Positions 36,901-45,097 of a stretch of DNA of 64,000 bases are shown here, one piece after another (within the stretch, counting starts at the first letter, position 1; each line of letters begins with the position of its first letter). A program made the translations under genes and the position numbers. This DNA comes from Bacillota bacterium (GTDB taxonomy: Bacteria > Bacillota > Bacilli > Paenibacillales > UBA4045), in NCBI GenBank assembly GCA_023441055.1, contig JAEZQY010000018.1, forward strand, positions 8,164-72,163. Reading direction: 5' to 3'. The notes beneath the pieces were generated by a model that ran no database searches, had not been told where the DNA came from, and worked only from the letters and a program-made list of their open reading frames with translations.

Positions 36901-39207
36901 GAAAAGACGGTCAGTCATGGCAGCCTCGCAGCAGAGCCGAGCGATCCAGTTAGGACGGGGTATACATTCGAAGGGTGGTATACGGATCAAGATTTTGCTT
37001 CGGAATATGTGTTTAGTGAACCGGTTATGGGCAGCATGACGCTCTATGCGAAATGGGAGATTCAAGCGTATACCTTAAGTTTCGATAGTCGCGGCGGTGC
37101 GGCTGTCGATCAGCAGACGGTCAGTTATGGCGGATTCGCTGCTCGGCCAAGTGACCCTGTCAGGACGGGGTATACGTTCGACGGATGGTATGTGGATCAT
37201 GATTTTGCTTCGGAATATGTATTCACAGCACCGGTCACCAGCAGCATGACGCTGTATGCGAAGTGGGAGACTAATCGATATACGGTGTCCTATCAGGGGA
37301 ACGGAAGCACGGGAGGCAGTGCGCCCAGTACAGAAAGTTATGACTATAACACGCTCGTCACCATTCCGGGGCAGGGCAGTCTTGTGAGAACAGGGTATTC
37401 CTTCGTTGAATGGAATACAGAGTCGGACGGAAGCGGTACGAGCTATACCGAAGGAGATACATTCACGATCGGAGCAGGCCATATCGCGCTGTATGCGAAG
37501 TGGACGATTAACAGTTACAGCGTGGTTTACAACGGCAATGAACATACAGAAGGCAGCGTGCCGGCCGGCAGCAGTCATGTGTACAACACAATCGTTACTG
37601 TCCCGTGGAACACAGGAAACCTGGTTAAGCCGAACTATACGTTCAGTGGTTGGAATACGGAGGCGGACGGCAGTGGGACGACCTATTCCGAAGGGGATAC
37701 GTTCACGATTGGTGAGAGCGGAGTGACGTTGTATGCGTTGTGGACGTTGAACCAATATTCGATTGACTTCAATAGCAACGGCGGGACTGCAATAGACAGT
37801 CAAGTGATCGCCCATGGAGGACATGCCGTTAAGCCAATCGATCCAGTTAAGACGGGGTATACGTTCGATGGCTGGTATACGGAGCAGGATTATGCCTTGG
37901 AATATGGATTTAGTGAACCGATCACGAGCAGCGTGACACTCTATGCGAAGTGGGAGATAAATCGTTATATAGTGTCCTTCCATGGGAACGGAAGCACGGA
38001 AGGCAGTGTGCCCAGCATCAGCTATGATTACGATTCAATGGTCGTTGTGCCGGCCAGCGGCAGTCTGATGAAGTCAGGCTATACATTCGCAGGCTGGAAT
38101 ACGAAGCTTGACGGAAGCGGGGTGTCCTTTCAGCCGGACGATGCGTTCCCCATGGGAATAGGTGACATTGTACTGTACGCGATATGGCTGAATCGTGATG
38201 CGAGTCTGATTGCGCTTAGGTTATCCAGCGGTGCGATAAGTCCCGAGTTTGATTCTGGAACACTAGCCTACGAGGCGAATGTTGGTAATGCGGTTAGTAG
38301 TGTTACTGTTACGGCAACCCCATTAGACTTAGAGGCTACAATGACTGTGAACGGACAATCGCTCATGAACGCACAGGCTAGCGCCGGGATTGGGCTTGCT
38401 GTTGGTGATAACCGGATTATGATCGAGGTTACGGCGCGTGACGGCACGATACAGCAGTATCTAGTAACGGTGAGGCGGGCCGGCAACCTTCCTGAAGACA
38501 ACGGCAATACAGGCGGCAATACAGGCGGCAATACAGGAAATCATGCAGGTGGTGAAAATGGAAATGCCAACGGCGTTGAAAATGAACCCGTCAGCGGAGG
38601 CAACGGTCAGAATGGTAATCCCAACGCTGCAGCAGCACCGAACACGGGAATCCAACTGCCCGATGAAGTGTCGAGTATCAGCTTTAGTGATGTATCCAGC
38701 CATTGGGCTGCGGAACAGATTAAGCTGGCGGTAAGCAAGGGAATTGTATCAGGCTATGGGGACGGATCCTTCCGACCGAATCGAAATACGACACGATCTG
38801 AATTCGCAGTGATGCTGATCCATGCGATCAAGCTGCAAGCAGAAGCGGCTCCACTGACATTCTCAGATTCGAATGAGATCGGACAATGGGCGCAGGAGGC
38901 TGTCGCCAAAGCAGTACGCGCCGGGATCATTAGGGGATTTCAGGGCGGGGACTTCAGGCCGAATGCCGAGATTACACGTGCAGAGATGGTAGCCATGATC
39001 GCAAGTGCATTAGGATTAGATCTAGATGCGAGTGCGTCCACAACATTCGCAGACGATCATCGTATTCCACAATGGGCGAAAGGAGCGGTGAGAGCTGTGC
39101 ATCAGCTTGGCCTAGTAATAGGCAAAGGCTCAAACCAATTTGACCCCCTTGGCAAGACAACTAGAGCGGAAGCTATTACCGTACTTCTGAAAGTAATAGA
39201 GCTATAG
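33994..39207 (+). CDS. giant SLH-anchored surface protein (Asp-box propeller, 10 Listeria-Bacteroides/Flg_new repeats, a 7x 'PYVAY' repeat block, cadherin-like domain, 3 SLH)
   Basis: Asp-box-like motifs include 'SVDGVNWS', 'SSDGVSWT', 'STDNGVTWT', 'SSNGSDWT' and 'SGDGANWT'. There are ten 'GYTF.GWNT..DGSGT.Y....TF......LYA.W' units. 'ASLIALRLSSGAISPEFDSGTLAYEANV' is the cadherin-like beta-sandwich. A 'GNTGGNTGGNTGN' linker follows, and SLH motifs include 'FSDVSSHWA...FRPNRNTTRSEF'. Confidence 0.9.
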   Translation: MKCKMLRRSFRMLLALILIAGSIPTYFMPGAHSVHASAEPIANWIVTGTPTAATVTDIIYGNNGYVAVSIGGVVIRSPLGDSWSMVQPTISNLNGVAYGNGKYIAVSLSGQIITSVDGVNWSSQTIHSSHFADITYDNGMFMIVGDNGAVLTSSDGVSWTDRSLADAQFLSSVDYVNGAFYVQGFYPNTLRSTDNGVTWTSTNLNYSKHMAFGNGKYVAIDQFGMLWSSSNGSDWTAGFSYDEQLRDIEYVGDRFIAVGQSGLIVTSGDGANWTRNTAVTANVLNSIVYHNGTYMIAGEGGTIVRSAPLSLVYDGNGHTGGSVPGGSYNYNASISVPSGGDLYKTGYTFAGWNTAADGNGTHYGIGASFLTGLTTAVLYAEWSINRYEVNYDGNDQTEGTAPIISEHDYHSSVTVPGNPGHLAKTGYTFAGWNTSADGSGTSYTEDETFTMEAADITLYAAWEPNRYTVTYDGNTSTGGSVPTAEYDYLTPVTVPGSGSLTKTGYTFTGWNTHADGSGTRYVEGETFPMDAGHITLFAQWSLDRWEHVTSAEFSIWNGNIQTFVDNGIPYAAYTDNNRHASVTVEKYVDNHWETIGNPGFTTTFISDISLFVYDDVPYVAYQNSELDLKISMMKFDGSNWVFVGDPEISADGGAKPSVYVFEGIPYVAYREFRFGLGSLVVKKYTEDGWETVGNTDFADHIGEPKLYIDNGTPYVAYTDIDRGGGLTVIKYTNNSWDIIGGVRFTPGSSSQISLYVDNDIPYVMFRDGSISNRATVMKFIDSSWETVGAAGFSAGPVAATSLLVSDGTPYVSYLDESLSSHALVKYFNGAQWETLGNTLLSNHAVSHTSIHQDDGMPYVSFKDDYETVVMRYAVNRTLTYHANGSTSGSVPAVSNHYHKSVVSASANTGHLQKDNHIFTGWNTAPDGSGTHYDAAEAFIFGATDMTLYADWELVSYAVTFNSNGGSEVDEKTVSHGSLAAEPSDPVRTGYTFEGWYTDQDFASEYVFSEPVMGSMTLYAKWEIQAYTLSFDSRGGAAVDQQTVSYGGFAARPSDPVRTGYTFDGWYVDHDFASEYVFTAPVTSSMTLYAKWETNRYTVSYQGNGSTGGSAPSTESYDYNTLVTIPGQGSLVRTGYSFVEWNTESDGSGTSYTEGDTFTIGAGHIALYAKWTINSYSVVYNGNEHTEGSVPAGSSHVYNTIVTVPWNTGNLVKPNYTFSGWNTEADGSGTTYSEGDTFTIGESGVTLYALWTLNQYSIDFNSNGGTAIDSQVIAHGGHAVKPIDPVKTGYTFDGWYTEQDYALEYGFSEPITSSVTLYAKWEINRYIVSFHGNGSTEGSVPSISYDYDSMVVVPASGSLMKSGYTFAGWNTKLDGSGVSFQPDDAFPMGIGDIVLYAIWLNRDASLIALRLSSGAISPEFDSGTLAYEANVGNAVSSVTVTATPLDLEATMTVNGQSLMNAQASAGIGLAVGDNRIMIEVTARDGTIQQYLVTVRRAGNLPEDNGNTGGNTGGNTGNHAGGENGNANGVENEPVSGGNGQNGNPNAAAAPNTGIQLPDEVSSISFSDVSSHWAAEQIKLAVSKGIVSGYGDGSFRPNRNTTRSEFAVMLIHAIKLQAEAAPLTFSDSNEIGQWAQEAVAKAVRAGIIRGFQGGDFRPNAEITRAEMVAMIASALGLDLDASASTTFADDHRIPQWAKGAVRAVHQLGLVIGKGSNQFDPLGKTTRAEAITVLLKVIEL

Positions 39208-39220
39208 GGGCGTATGTTCC

Positions 39221-39250
39221 GGGGCATCTGAAAAGGTGCTCCTTTTTTTA
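39221..39250 (+). terminator. rho-independent terminator
   Basis: 'ggggcatc'-tgaaaa-'ggtgctcc' (with G-U pairs) followed by T7. Confidence 0.6.
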
Positions 39251-39281
39251 TTCTTGAAATCATGCATATAAGGTTGTATAG

Positions 39282-39293
39282 TTGATATATCAA
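39282..39293. promoter_or_regulatory. palindromic operator candidate TTGATATATCAA (upstream of GntR gene)
   Basis: Perfect 12-bp palindrome. A near-identical copy lies at 40539..40550. Confidence 0.5.
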
Positions 39294-39319
39294 GTATTAC
39301 AACCGAGAGGAAGTTTGTT

Positions 39320-40462
39320 ATGGATATACCATTATACGAGCAAATATTCAACCATGTATTCAATCAAATAAAAGAGGGCGAATTGAAAGCTGGCGATCGT
39401 GTCCACTCGGAGAAGGAGCTTGCGGATCAGTTCAATGTGAGCCGAATTACCTCGAAGAAGGCATTGGAGCTGTTGTCTCAATACAAGCTAGTCGAGCGCA
39501 TCCAAGGGAAAGGGACGTTCGTGGCTGACAGCTTGCCTGACTTGCAAATCGTTCAAACGGCCTTGCGCTCGGAGGGGACGAATGCGAGCATTCAGAAAGA
39601 CGATGAATGGAAGATGATCGGTGTCATTCTGCCAGACTTCGCCGATTCATTCGGAGCTGATTTGTTAAGGGGCATCGAGGAGGCATGTGCGTTACATCAG
39701 TGTCATATGCTAACCAAGCTGACTTATGATATCCGAGAAGATGAGGCCTCGGCCATCCGCTCGTTCGTGAAGCTGGGTGTGGACGGGATTATCATCTTCC
39801 CTGGACACGGGGAGCATTACAATTCCGAGCTGCTGAGGCTGGTGTTGGATGGATTCCCGATTGTGTTCGTCGATCGTTATCTCAAGGGCATAGCGGCAAG
39901 CGCGGTCTATACAGACAATCGTAAAGCCGCATTCGATCTCGCCAATATGCTGCTGGCAACAGGCAACCGTCCGATCGGGTTTCTATCCGCGCCTGCCGAG
40001 CATACATCAACAATCGAGGATCGACTGCTCGGGTTTATCGATGCATGTCAACAACGGGGGTGGACACCGAAGCCGGAGCACATCATGACGAATTTGTACA
40101 GCTCATTGCCGCAGTCCTTCGACACCTCGAACATCGAGTTGGATATCCAACGTGTCCGCAAGTACGTTGAGATGAATCCCGAGGTAACCGCCATTGTTGC
40201 AGCGGAATACAATTTGGCCTTGGTTCTGCGCGAGGTGCTGCTGTCAATGGGCAAGCGGATTCCGGAGGATTGTCAGATCGCTTGCTTCGATTCTCCAGAT
40301 CAGCCGCTGGGTCATTTTCTATTTACGCATATTCGGCAGAATGAGCGCGAGATGGGGATTAGGGCGTTAGAGATTCTGAGAGCGATGTGGAACAAGGAAG
40401 AGATCAAATTGAATAATATCGTCGCTCACGATATCGTAATAGGCGACTCTACACTTCCGTAG
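39320..40462 (+). CDS. GntR-family regulator with periplasmic-binding-protein (LacI-type) sugar sensor domain
   Basis: The N-terminus, 'PLYEQIFNHV..IKEGELKAGDRVHSEKELADQFNVSRITSKKALELL', is the GntR HTH. The C-terminal 280 aa are Peripla_BP-like. Confidence 0.85.
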   Translation: MDIPLYEQIFNHVFNQIKEGELKAGDRVHSEKELADQFNVSRITSKKALELLSQYKLVERIQGKGTFVADSLPDLQIVQTALRSEGTNASIQKDDEWKMIGVILPDFADSFGADLLRGIEEACALHQCHMLTKLTYDIREDEASAIRSFVKLGVDGIIIFPGHGEHYNSELLRLVLDGFPIVFVDRYLKGIAASAVYTDNRKAAFDLANMLLATGNRPIGFLSAPAEHTSTIEDRLLGFIDACQQRGWTPKPEHIMTNLYSSLPQSFDTSNIELDIQRVRKYVEMNPEVTAIVAAEYNLALVLREVLLSMGKRIPEDCQIACFDSPDQPLGHFLFTHIRQNEREMGIRALEILRAMWNKEEIKLNNIVAHDIVIGDSTLP

Positions 40463-40477
40463 CAAGCGAAGCGACGC

Positions 40478-40506
40478 TGGCTGCCGTTTGACGGCAGCTA
40501 TTTTTG
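40478..40506 (+). terminator. rho-independent terminator
   Basis: 'gctgccg'-tttga-'cggcagc' followed by TATTTTT. Confidence 0.7.
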
Positions 40507-40538
40507 TATACATAAGGAAAATAAATTAATATGACATG

Positions 40539-40567
40539 TTGACATATCAATACAATGATATTAATAT
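40539..40567 (+). promoter_or_regulatory. sigmaA-type promoter with overlapping operator TTGACATATCAA
   Basis: TTGACA (40539..40544), a 17-nt spacer and TAATAT (40562..40567). The 12-mer at 40539..40550 matches the palindrome at 39282..39293 at 11 of 12 positions. Confidence 0.55.
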
Positions 40568-40610
40568 ACTAATTGTAAGCGCTTATTATACAATAACGGA
40601 GGGGTTTCAA

Positions 40611-41930
40611 ATGAAAAGATCGATGACAACCGTTCTAACGATCATGCTGGCGGCCATTCTGATCATCTCAGGCTGCAGCAATAACGGGAACGGAGGAGCT
40701 TCTAATGATCCTGGCGGAACATCCAATTCAACTCCACCTGCTGCTAAAGGATCAGAACCAGTTGAGTTGACATTCTGGGGGGATTGGGGAGGAGAAGGTC
40801 AGAAGCAATTTGAGACAATGGTCGATGCCTTCAATAAATCGCAGGATCGTATCCGAGTGAAGTATGTGCTGCAGCAGGATATGATCACCAAGTTTCTAAC
40901 GGCGGCAACTTCGGGCGGTTCACCCGACATCTTGTTCTGGGACCGCTGGAGAACCTCCCTATATGCGCCTAAGAACGTGCTGCACCCGGTCGATGCCTAT
41001 ATGCAGCGAGATGGCATCAACGCATCGGACTACTACGATGAATCGTTGAAGGAATTATCCTACGATGGCCAATTATACGGGCTTCCTCTGACAGTAGATG
41101 CAAGGGCATTATTTTATAATAAGAAGCTGCTCTCCGATGCGGGTGTCAAGCCGCCGACAACTTGGGACGAACTGGCTGATGCGGCACGCAAGCTAACCGA
41201 ATGGAACGGAGATAAGCTTGAAGTGGCGGGCTTCTCACTAGGCGATGTCGGGCTGTTCAATATGTACCTGCAGCAAGCAGGGGGAACGATGATTACTGCG
41301 GACGGCAAGACGAATTTCAGTAATGAGCAGGGCGTGGCTGTTCTGAATTTCTGGGACAAATTGATGAATGAAGACAAGGTGTATAAGGTCGGCTTCGAGT
41401 CGGGACTCGGAGAAGGGACGGATGCCTTCGTTACAGGTAAGCTGGCGATGCATTACACCGGACCATGGATGCTTAGTACTTATAAGAAATACGGGGCCGA
41501 TCTTGACTTTGGCGTGGCGCCTCCGCCGTCCGGACCTAACGGAGGCAAAGGCAGCGTAATGGGCGGCTTCGGTCTAGTCATACCGGAAGGCTCCAAGCAC
41601 AAGGACGAGGCATGGGAATTCGTCAAATGGTGGATGGCTGATAAGGAGAATATGATGCTATGGGCTCAGACGAGCATGAATATTCCACCCTTCAAGCCAG
41701 CGCTTGAGGATCCGTTCTTCAAGGATGATCCGTTATGGCAGCCGTTCCTGCAGACGCTGGAATTTGCCAAGATTCGTCCACAGCATCCCGGATATTCGGT
41801 CATGGAGGTCGACGGCTTAATGCCGAATCTTCAATTGTTCATGCAAGGCGGGGTAGATGCCGCGGCAACCTTGAAGAAGGCACAGGAGCAGGGTGACCGA
41901 TTGTTGGAGGAGAACGCAGAAGTGAAATAG
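40611..41930 (+). CDS. ABC transporter sugar-binding lipoprotein
   Basis: The lipobox is 'LIISGCSNNG'. It has an SBP_bac_1-like body. Start chosen at the ATG at 40611, behind GGAGGGG, rather than the track start at 40536. Confidence 0.9.
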   Translation: MKRSMTTVLTIMLAAILIISGCSNNGNGGASNDPGGTSNSTPPAAKGSEPVELTFWGDWGGEGQKQFETMVDAFNKSQDRIRVKYVLQQDMITKFLTAATSGGSPDILFWDRWRTSLYAPKNVLHPVDAYMQRDGINASDYYDESLKELSYDGQLYGLPLTVDARALFYNKKLLSDAGVKPPTTWDELADAARKLTEWNGDKLEVAGFSLGDVGLFNMYLQQAGGTMITADGKTNFSNEQGVAVLNFWDKLMNEDKVYKVGFESGLGEGTDAFVTGKLAMHYTGPWMLSTYKKYGADLDFGVAPPPSGPNGGKGSVMGGFGLVIPEGSKHKDEAWEFVKWWMADKENMMLWAQTSMNIPPFKPALEDPFFKDDPLWQPFLQTLEFAKIRPQHPGYSVMEVDGLMPNLQLFMQGGVDAAATLKKAQEQGDRLLEENAEVK

Positions 41931-41942
41931 AAAATCGAATCG

Positions 41943-41965
41943 AGGGAGGCTTCGTCCTCCCTTTA
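41943..41965 (+). terminator. intra-operon stem-loop after the binding-protein gene
   Basis: 'agggagg'-cttcgt-'cctccct' followed by TT. This arrangement is common for differential expression of SBP versus permease genes. Confidence 0.4.
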
Positions 41966-41989
41966 GATTCTCATCAAGGGGATAAGAGG

Positions 41990-43282
41990 ATGGAACAAGA
42001 TTTGAAGATGAAGACTGGTGTGCAGCAGCTCGTCCAAGATGTAGCAGCGCGGATGCCAAACCAGCCACGAGCTGTCGAGATGTTCGAACGTTGCATGCGC
42101 AACACGCTGGATACGACGATCCGAACAATGCCGGACGCAACGACGTTCGTCATTACTGGTGATATCCCCGCAATGTGGCTTAGAGATTCGGCAGCACAAG
42201 TGAGACCATTCTTGCTGGTTGCAGCTGAGGATGATGAAATCTCTGAGATGATCAGGGGTCTGGTCGAACGGCAATTTCGCTATATTCTGTATGATCCTTA
42301 TGCTAACGCCTTTAATGAAACCGATAACGGATGCGGGCATCAGACGGATCTGACCGCGATGAAGCCCGGGATCTGGGAGAGAAAATATGAGGTCGATTCG
42401 CTCTGTTATCCGATCCAGCTCAGCTATCTGCTATGGAAGAACGGCGGGCGTGTGGATCAATTCAACGAAACATTCATCCAAGGTGTACGAAGTATTCTAG
42501 CGCTATGGCGAACCGAACAGCATCATGAAACCTTGTCGCCCTATCGATTCCAGCGAATGGACGGCGCGCCCAGCGATACGCTGCTGCGTGAAGGCAAGGG
42601 AACGCTAACTGGATATACGGGTATGACATGGTCAGGCTTCCGTCCAAGTGATGATGCCTGTCATTACGGCTATCTTATTCCTTCTAATATGTTTGCAGTT
42701 GTCGTGCTGGGATATCTGGCAGAGATCGCAAGTGAAATTCTGAAGGATTCGCAGCTTGAGGAAGAAGCTCTCGCACTCAGAACGGAAATCCGTGCAGGGA
42801 TTGAGCAGCATGGCAAGGTCATACACGCGGAGTATGGCGAGATGTACGCATATGAGACAGATGGATTAGGCGGTACTCTGCTGATGGATGACGCGAATGT
42901 CCCAAGTTTGCTGGCAATGCCTTATCTTGGCTATGGCTCGCAAGACGACCCAGTCTATATGAATACGAGGAACTTTCTGCTTAGTCAAGAGAATCCCTAC
43001 TATTATAAAGGTACTGCTGCAGAGGGGATTGGCAGCCCGCATACGCCTGAACACTATATCTGGCCTATCGCACTGGCAATTCAGGGATTGACCGCGCAAA
43101 CCCGCGACGAGAAGGAGCGGATGCTGGAGCTCATGCTGAATACGGATGCAGGCAAGGGCATGATGCATGAAGGGTTCCATAAGGATAACCCTATGCTCTA
43201 TACCCGTGAATGGTTCTCTTGGGCGAATATGATGTTCTGCGAGCTCGTCCTTGATCTATGCGGGATGAGGGTGCAGATTTAA
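41990..43282 (+). CDS. glycoside hydrolase family 125 (exo-alpha-1,6-mannosidase; DUF1237)
   Basis: 'TFVITGDIPAMWLRDSAAQ' and 'EVDSLCYPIQLSY' are hallmark GH125 motifs. There is no signal peptide. Confidence 0.8.
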   Translation: MEQDLKMKTGVQQLVQDVAARMPNQPRAVEMFERCMRNTLDTTIRTMPDATTFVITGDIPAMWLRDSAAQVRPFLLVAAEDDEISEMIRGLVERQFRYILYDPYANAFNETDNGCGHQTDLTAMKPGIWERKYEVDSLCYPIQLSYLLWKNGGRVDQFNETFIQGVRSILALWRTEQHHETLSPYRFQRMDGAPSDTLLREGKGTLTGYTGMTWSGFRPSDDACHYGYLIPSNMFAVVVLGYLAEIASEILKDSQLEEEALALRTEIRAGIEQHGKVIHAEYGEMYAYETDGLGGTLLMDDANVPSLLAMPYLGYGSQDDPVYMNTRNFLLSQENPYYYKGTAAEGIGSPHTPEHYIWPIALAIQGLTAQTRDEKERMLELMLNTDAGKGMMHEGFHKDNPMLYTREWFSWANMMFCELVLDLCGMRVQI

Positions 43283-43314
43283 GATAAGCGTATGATACAG
43301 AGAGGAGGGATCTC

Positions 43315-44202
43315 TTGCATCAGATTAGTAAGCTTGGCAGACATCAAGCTAGAATGGCCTATCTATTCATCACGCCGACGATGCTGCTCTTTGCTGTATT
43401 TACTATAATTCCAGTCTTCATGGCGCTCTATCTAAGCTTTACGAATTATGATGTGCTCAGCAGGATGGATTGGGTCGGTATAGCGAATTACGAGAGGGTA
43501 TTCCGCGATTCGCTGTTATGGCAGACCTTTAAGAACGTATTCATTTATGCCATTGTTTTCGTGCCGCTGAATATTACATGCTCCTTGCTTATCGCACTTT
43601 TATTGAACCGGATGAGGCCTTTCGTGAAGCTGTTCAGAACGTTGGCCTACTTACCGACTCTGACATCAGCTGTTGCAGCAGCTACTGTATGGTTATGGCT
43701 GCTTCATCCGGAATTCGGGCTCGTTAACGGGATTCTCTCTTATTTTGGAGTGACGGGTCCAGCTTGGCTCGCGCACACTAAGACAGCGATGCTGTCGATC
43801 ATACTCGTTACCCTATGGCAGTCGATCGGAGCGAATATGGTTATCTATCTGGCGGGGCTGCAGAGTGTGCCCGAGTTCTTGTATGAATCCGCCAGATTAG
43901 ACGGCGCGAATAAGCTGGATTGCTTCCGATATATCACCTGGCCTCAGCTGAAGCCGACGACTTTCCTCGTTAGTACGCTTGCGATCATCGGGGCGTTCCA
44001 GCTGTTCGACCAAGCCTTCGTGCTGACCCAGGGCGGTCCGGCGAATGCAACGAAGACACCCGTATATCTGATCTATCAGCAAGGGTTTAATCAGCTTCAG
44101 ATGGGATACGCATCTGCCCAAGCGTTCATCCTGGCGATTGCGATTCTGATCTTCTCTATTATTAACATGAGAGTAACTAAGGCCGAAGAATCTATCCTGT
44201 AA
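43315..44202 (+). CDS. sugar ABC transporter permease
   Basis: Six TM segments. The EAA loop is 'ESARLDGANKLDCFRYITWPQLKP'. Confidence 0.9.
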   Translation: MHQISKLGRHQARMAYLFITPTMLLFAVFTIIPVFMALYLSFTNYDVLSRMDWVGIANYERVFRDSLLWQTFKNVFIYAIVFVPLNITCSLLIALLLNRMRPFVKLFRTLAYLPTLTSAVAAATVWLWLLHPEFGLVNGILSYFGVTGPAWLAHTKTAMLSIILVTLWQSIGANMVIYLAGLQSVPEFLYESARLDGANKLDCFRYITWPQLKPTTFLVSTLAIIGAFQLFDQAFVLTQGGPANATKTPVYLIYQQGFNQLQMGYASAQAFILAIAILIFSIINMRVTKAEESIL

Positions 44203-44214
44203 GAAGGTGATGAG

Positions 44215-45093
44215 ATGAACGAGATAACGATGAGATCGGGCGTTAGAACGGTACTATTTTATACGCTTGCTCTAGCGGTCGCGCTGGTGATGTTCCTGCC
44301 GTTCTATTGGAGCCTGCTCACCTCACTCAAACCGAATGAAGACATCTTCTCGATTCCAATTCGCTGGATTCCAGATGGACTTACATTTGAGCATTATAAG
44401 ACAGCTTTCACAACCGTGCCATTCGCCTTATATTACTGGAATTCATTCTTCCTGGCTACAGCAGGAGTTATGGCTAATCTATTCTTCGGCTCACTCAGCG
44501 GATATGCGTTCGCGAAGCTGAAGTTCAAGCTGAACAAGCCCTTGTTCACCGTACTGCTCGCGGCGATGATGATCCCAGGTGTGGTCACGCTCATTCCCAG
44601 CTTCTTCGTGCTGAAGCATCTTCCGCTTATCGGAGGGAATGATCTGCTGGGCCAAGGGGGCAATGGGCTGCTCAATTCATTCTGGGGCATTATCATTCCC
44701 GGGGCCTCAGGTTCATTCGCCGTATTCTTCATGCGACAATTCTTCCTTAGTCTGCCGAACGACATGATGGAAATGGCGAGAATCGAAGGTGCGGGAGAGT
44801 TCAGAATCTTCTGGCAATTTTACTTGCCGCTCACGAAGCCTGCGCTGGCGACTCTGGGCATCTTCACCTTCCAGGCTGGCTGGAATGCGTTCCTGTGGCC
44901 GATGATCATTCTGAATGATCCAGCCAAGCATACGATTCAGATGGGACTTCAGGCGTTCTCGTACAATTATCAGACCGATTATGGTCCCATGATGGCAGGC
45001 GCGCTGGTCGCTGTTCTGCCGATTCTGATTCTATTTATTTTCCTGCAGAAATATTTCGTTCAAGGCATCGCGTTCAGCGGTGTGAAAGGATAA
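44215..45093 (+). CDS. carbohydrate ABC transporter permease
   Basis: The EAA loop is 'EMARIEGAGEFRIFWQFYLPLTKP'. Confidence 0.9.
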   Translation: MNEITMRSGVRTVLFYTLALAVALVMFLPFYWSLLTSLKPNEDIFSIPIRWIPDGLTFEHYKTAFTTVPFALYYWNSFFLATAGVMANLFFGSLSGYAFAKLKFKLNKPLFTVLLAAMMIPGVVTLIPSFFVLKHLPLIGGNDLLGQGGNGLLNSFWGIIIPGASGSFAVFFMRQFFLSLPNDMMEMARIEGAGEFRIFWQFYLPLTKPALATLGIFTFQAGWNAFLWPMIILNDPAKHTIQMGLQAFSYNYQTDYGPMMAGALVAVLPILILFIFLQKYFVQGIAFSGVKG

Positions 45094-45097
45094 AGCA

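Noticed and set aside
37075-37983. 302-aa antisense ORF inside the giant SLH gene. Other long shadow ORFs fall in the same category, for example 22346..22891, 23410..23865, 27297..27947, 32179..32661, 35224..35592, 45422..45928, 45886..46320, 46713..47232, 49050..49499, 56194..56571 and 58486..58881.
   Set aside because: All lie entirely within, and antisense or out of frame to, strongly supported genes. They have low-complexity R/S/P/C/H-rich composition typical of non-coding frames, lack RBS sites, and those in the SLH gene are propagated by the DNA repeats.
34900-38540. Regularly spaced DNA repeats that might be mistaken for a CRISPR array or satellite.
   Set aside because: The repeats are 210-240 nt protein-domain units (Flg_new) in one continuous reading frame. 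The GNTGG 12-bp triple repeat near 38.5 kb is an in-frame linker. There are no short direct repeats with unique spacers and no cas genes.
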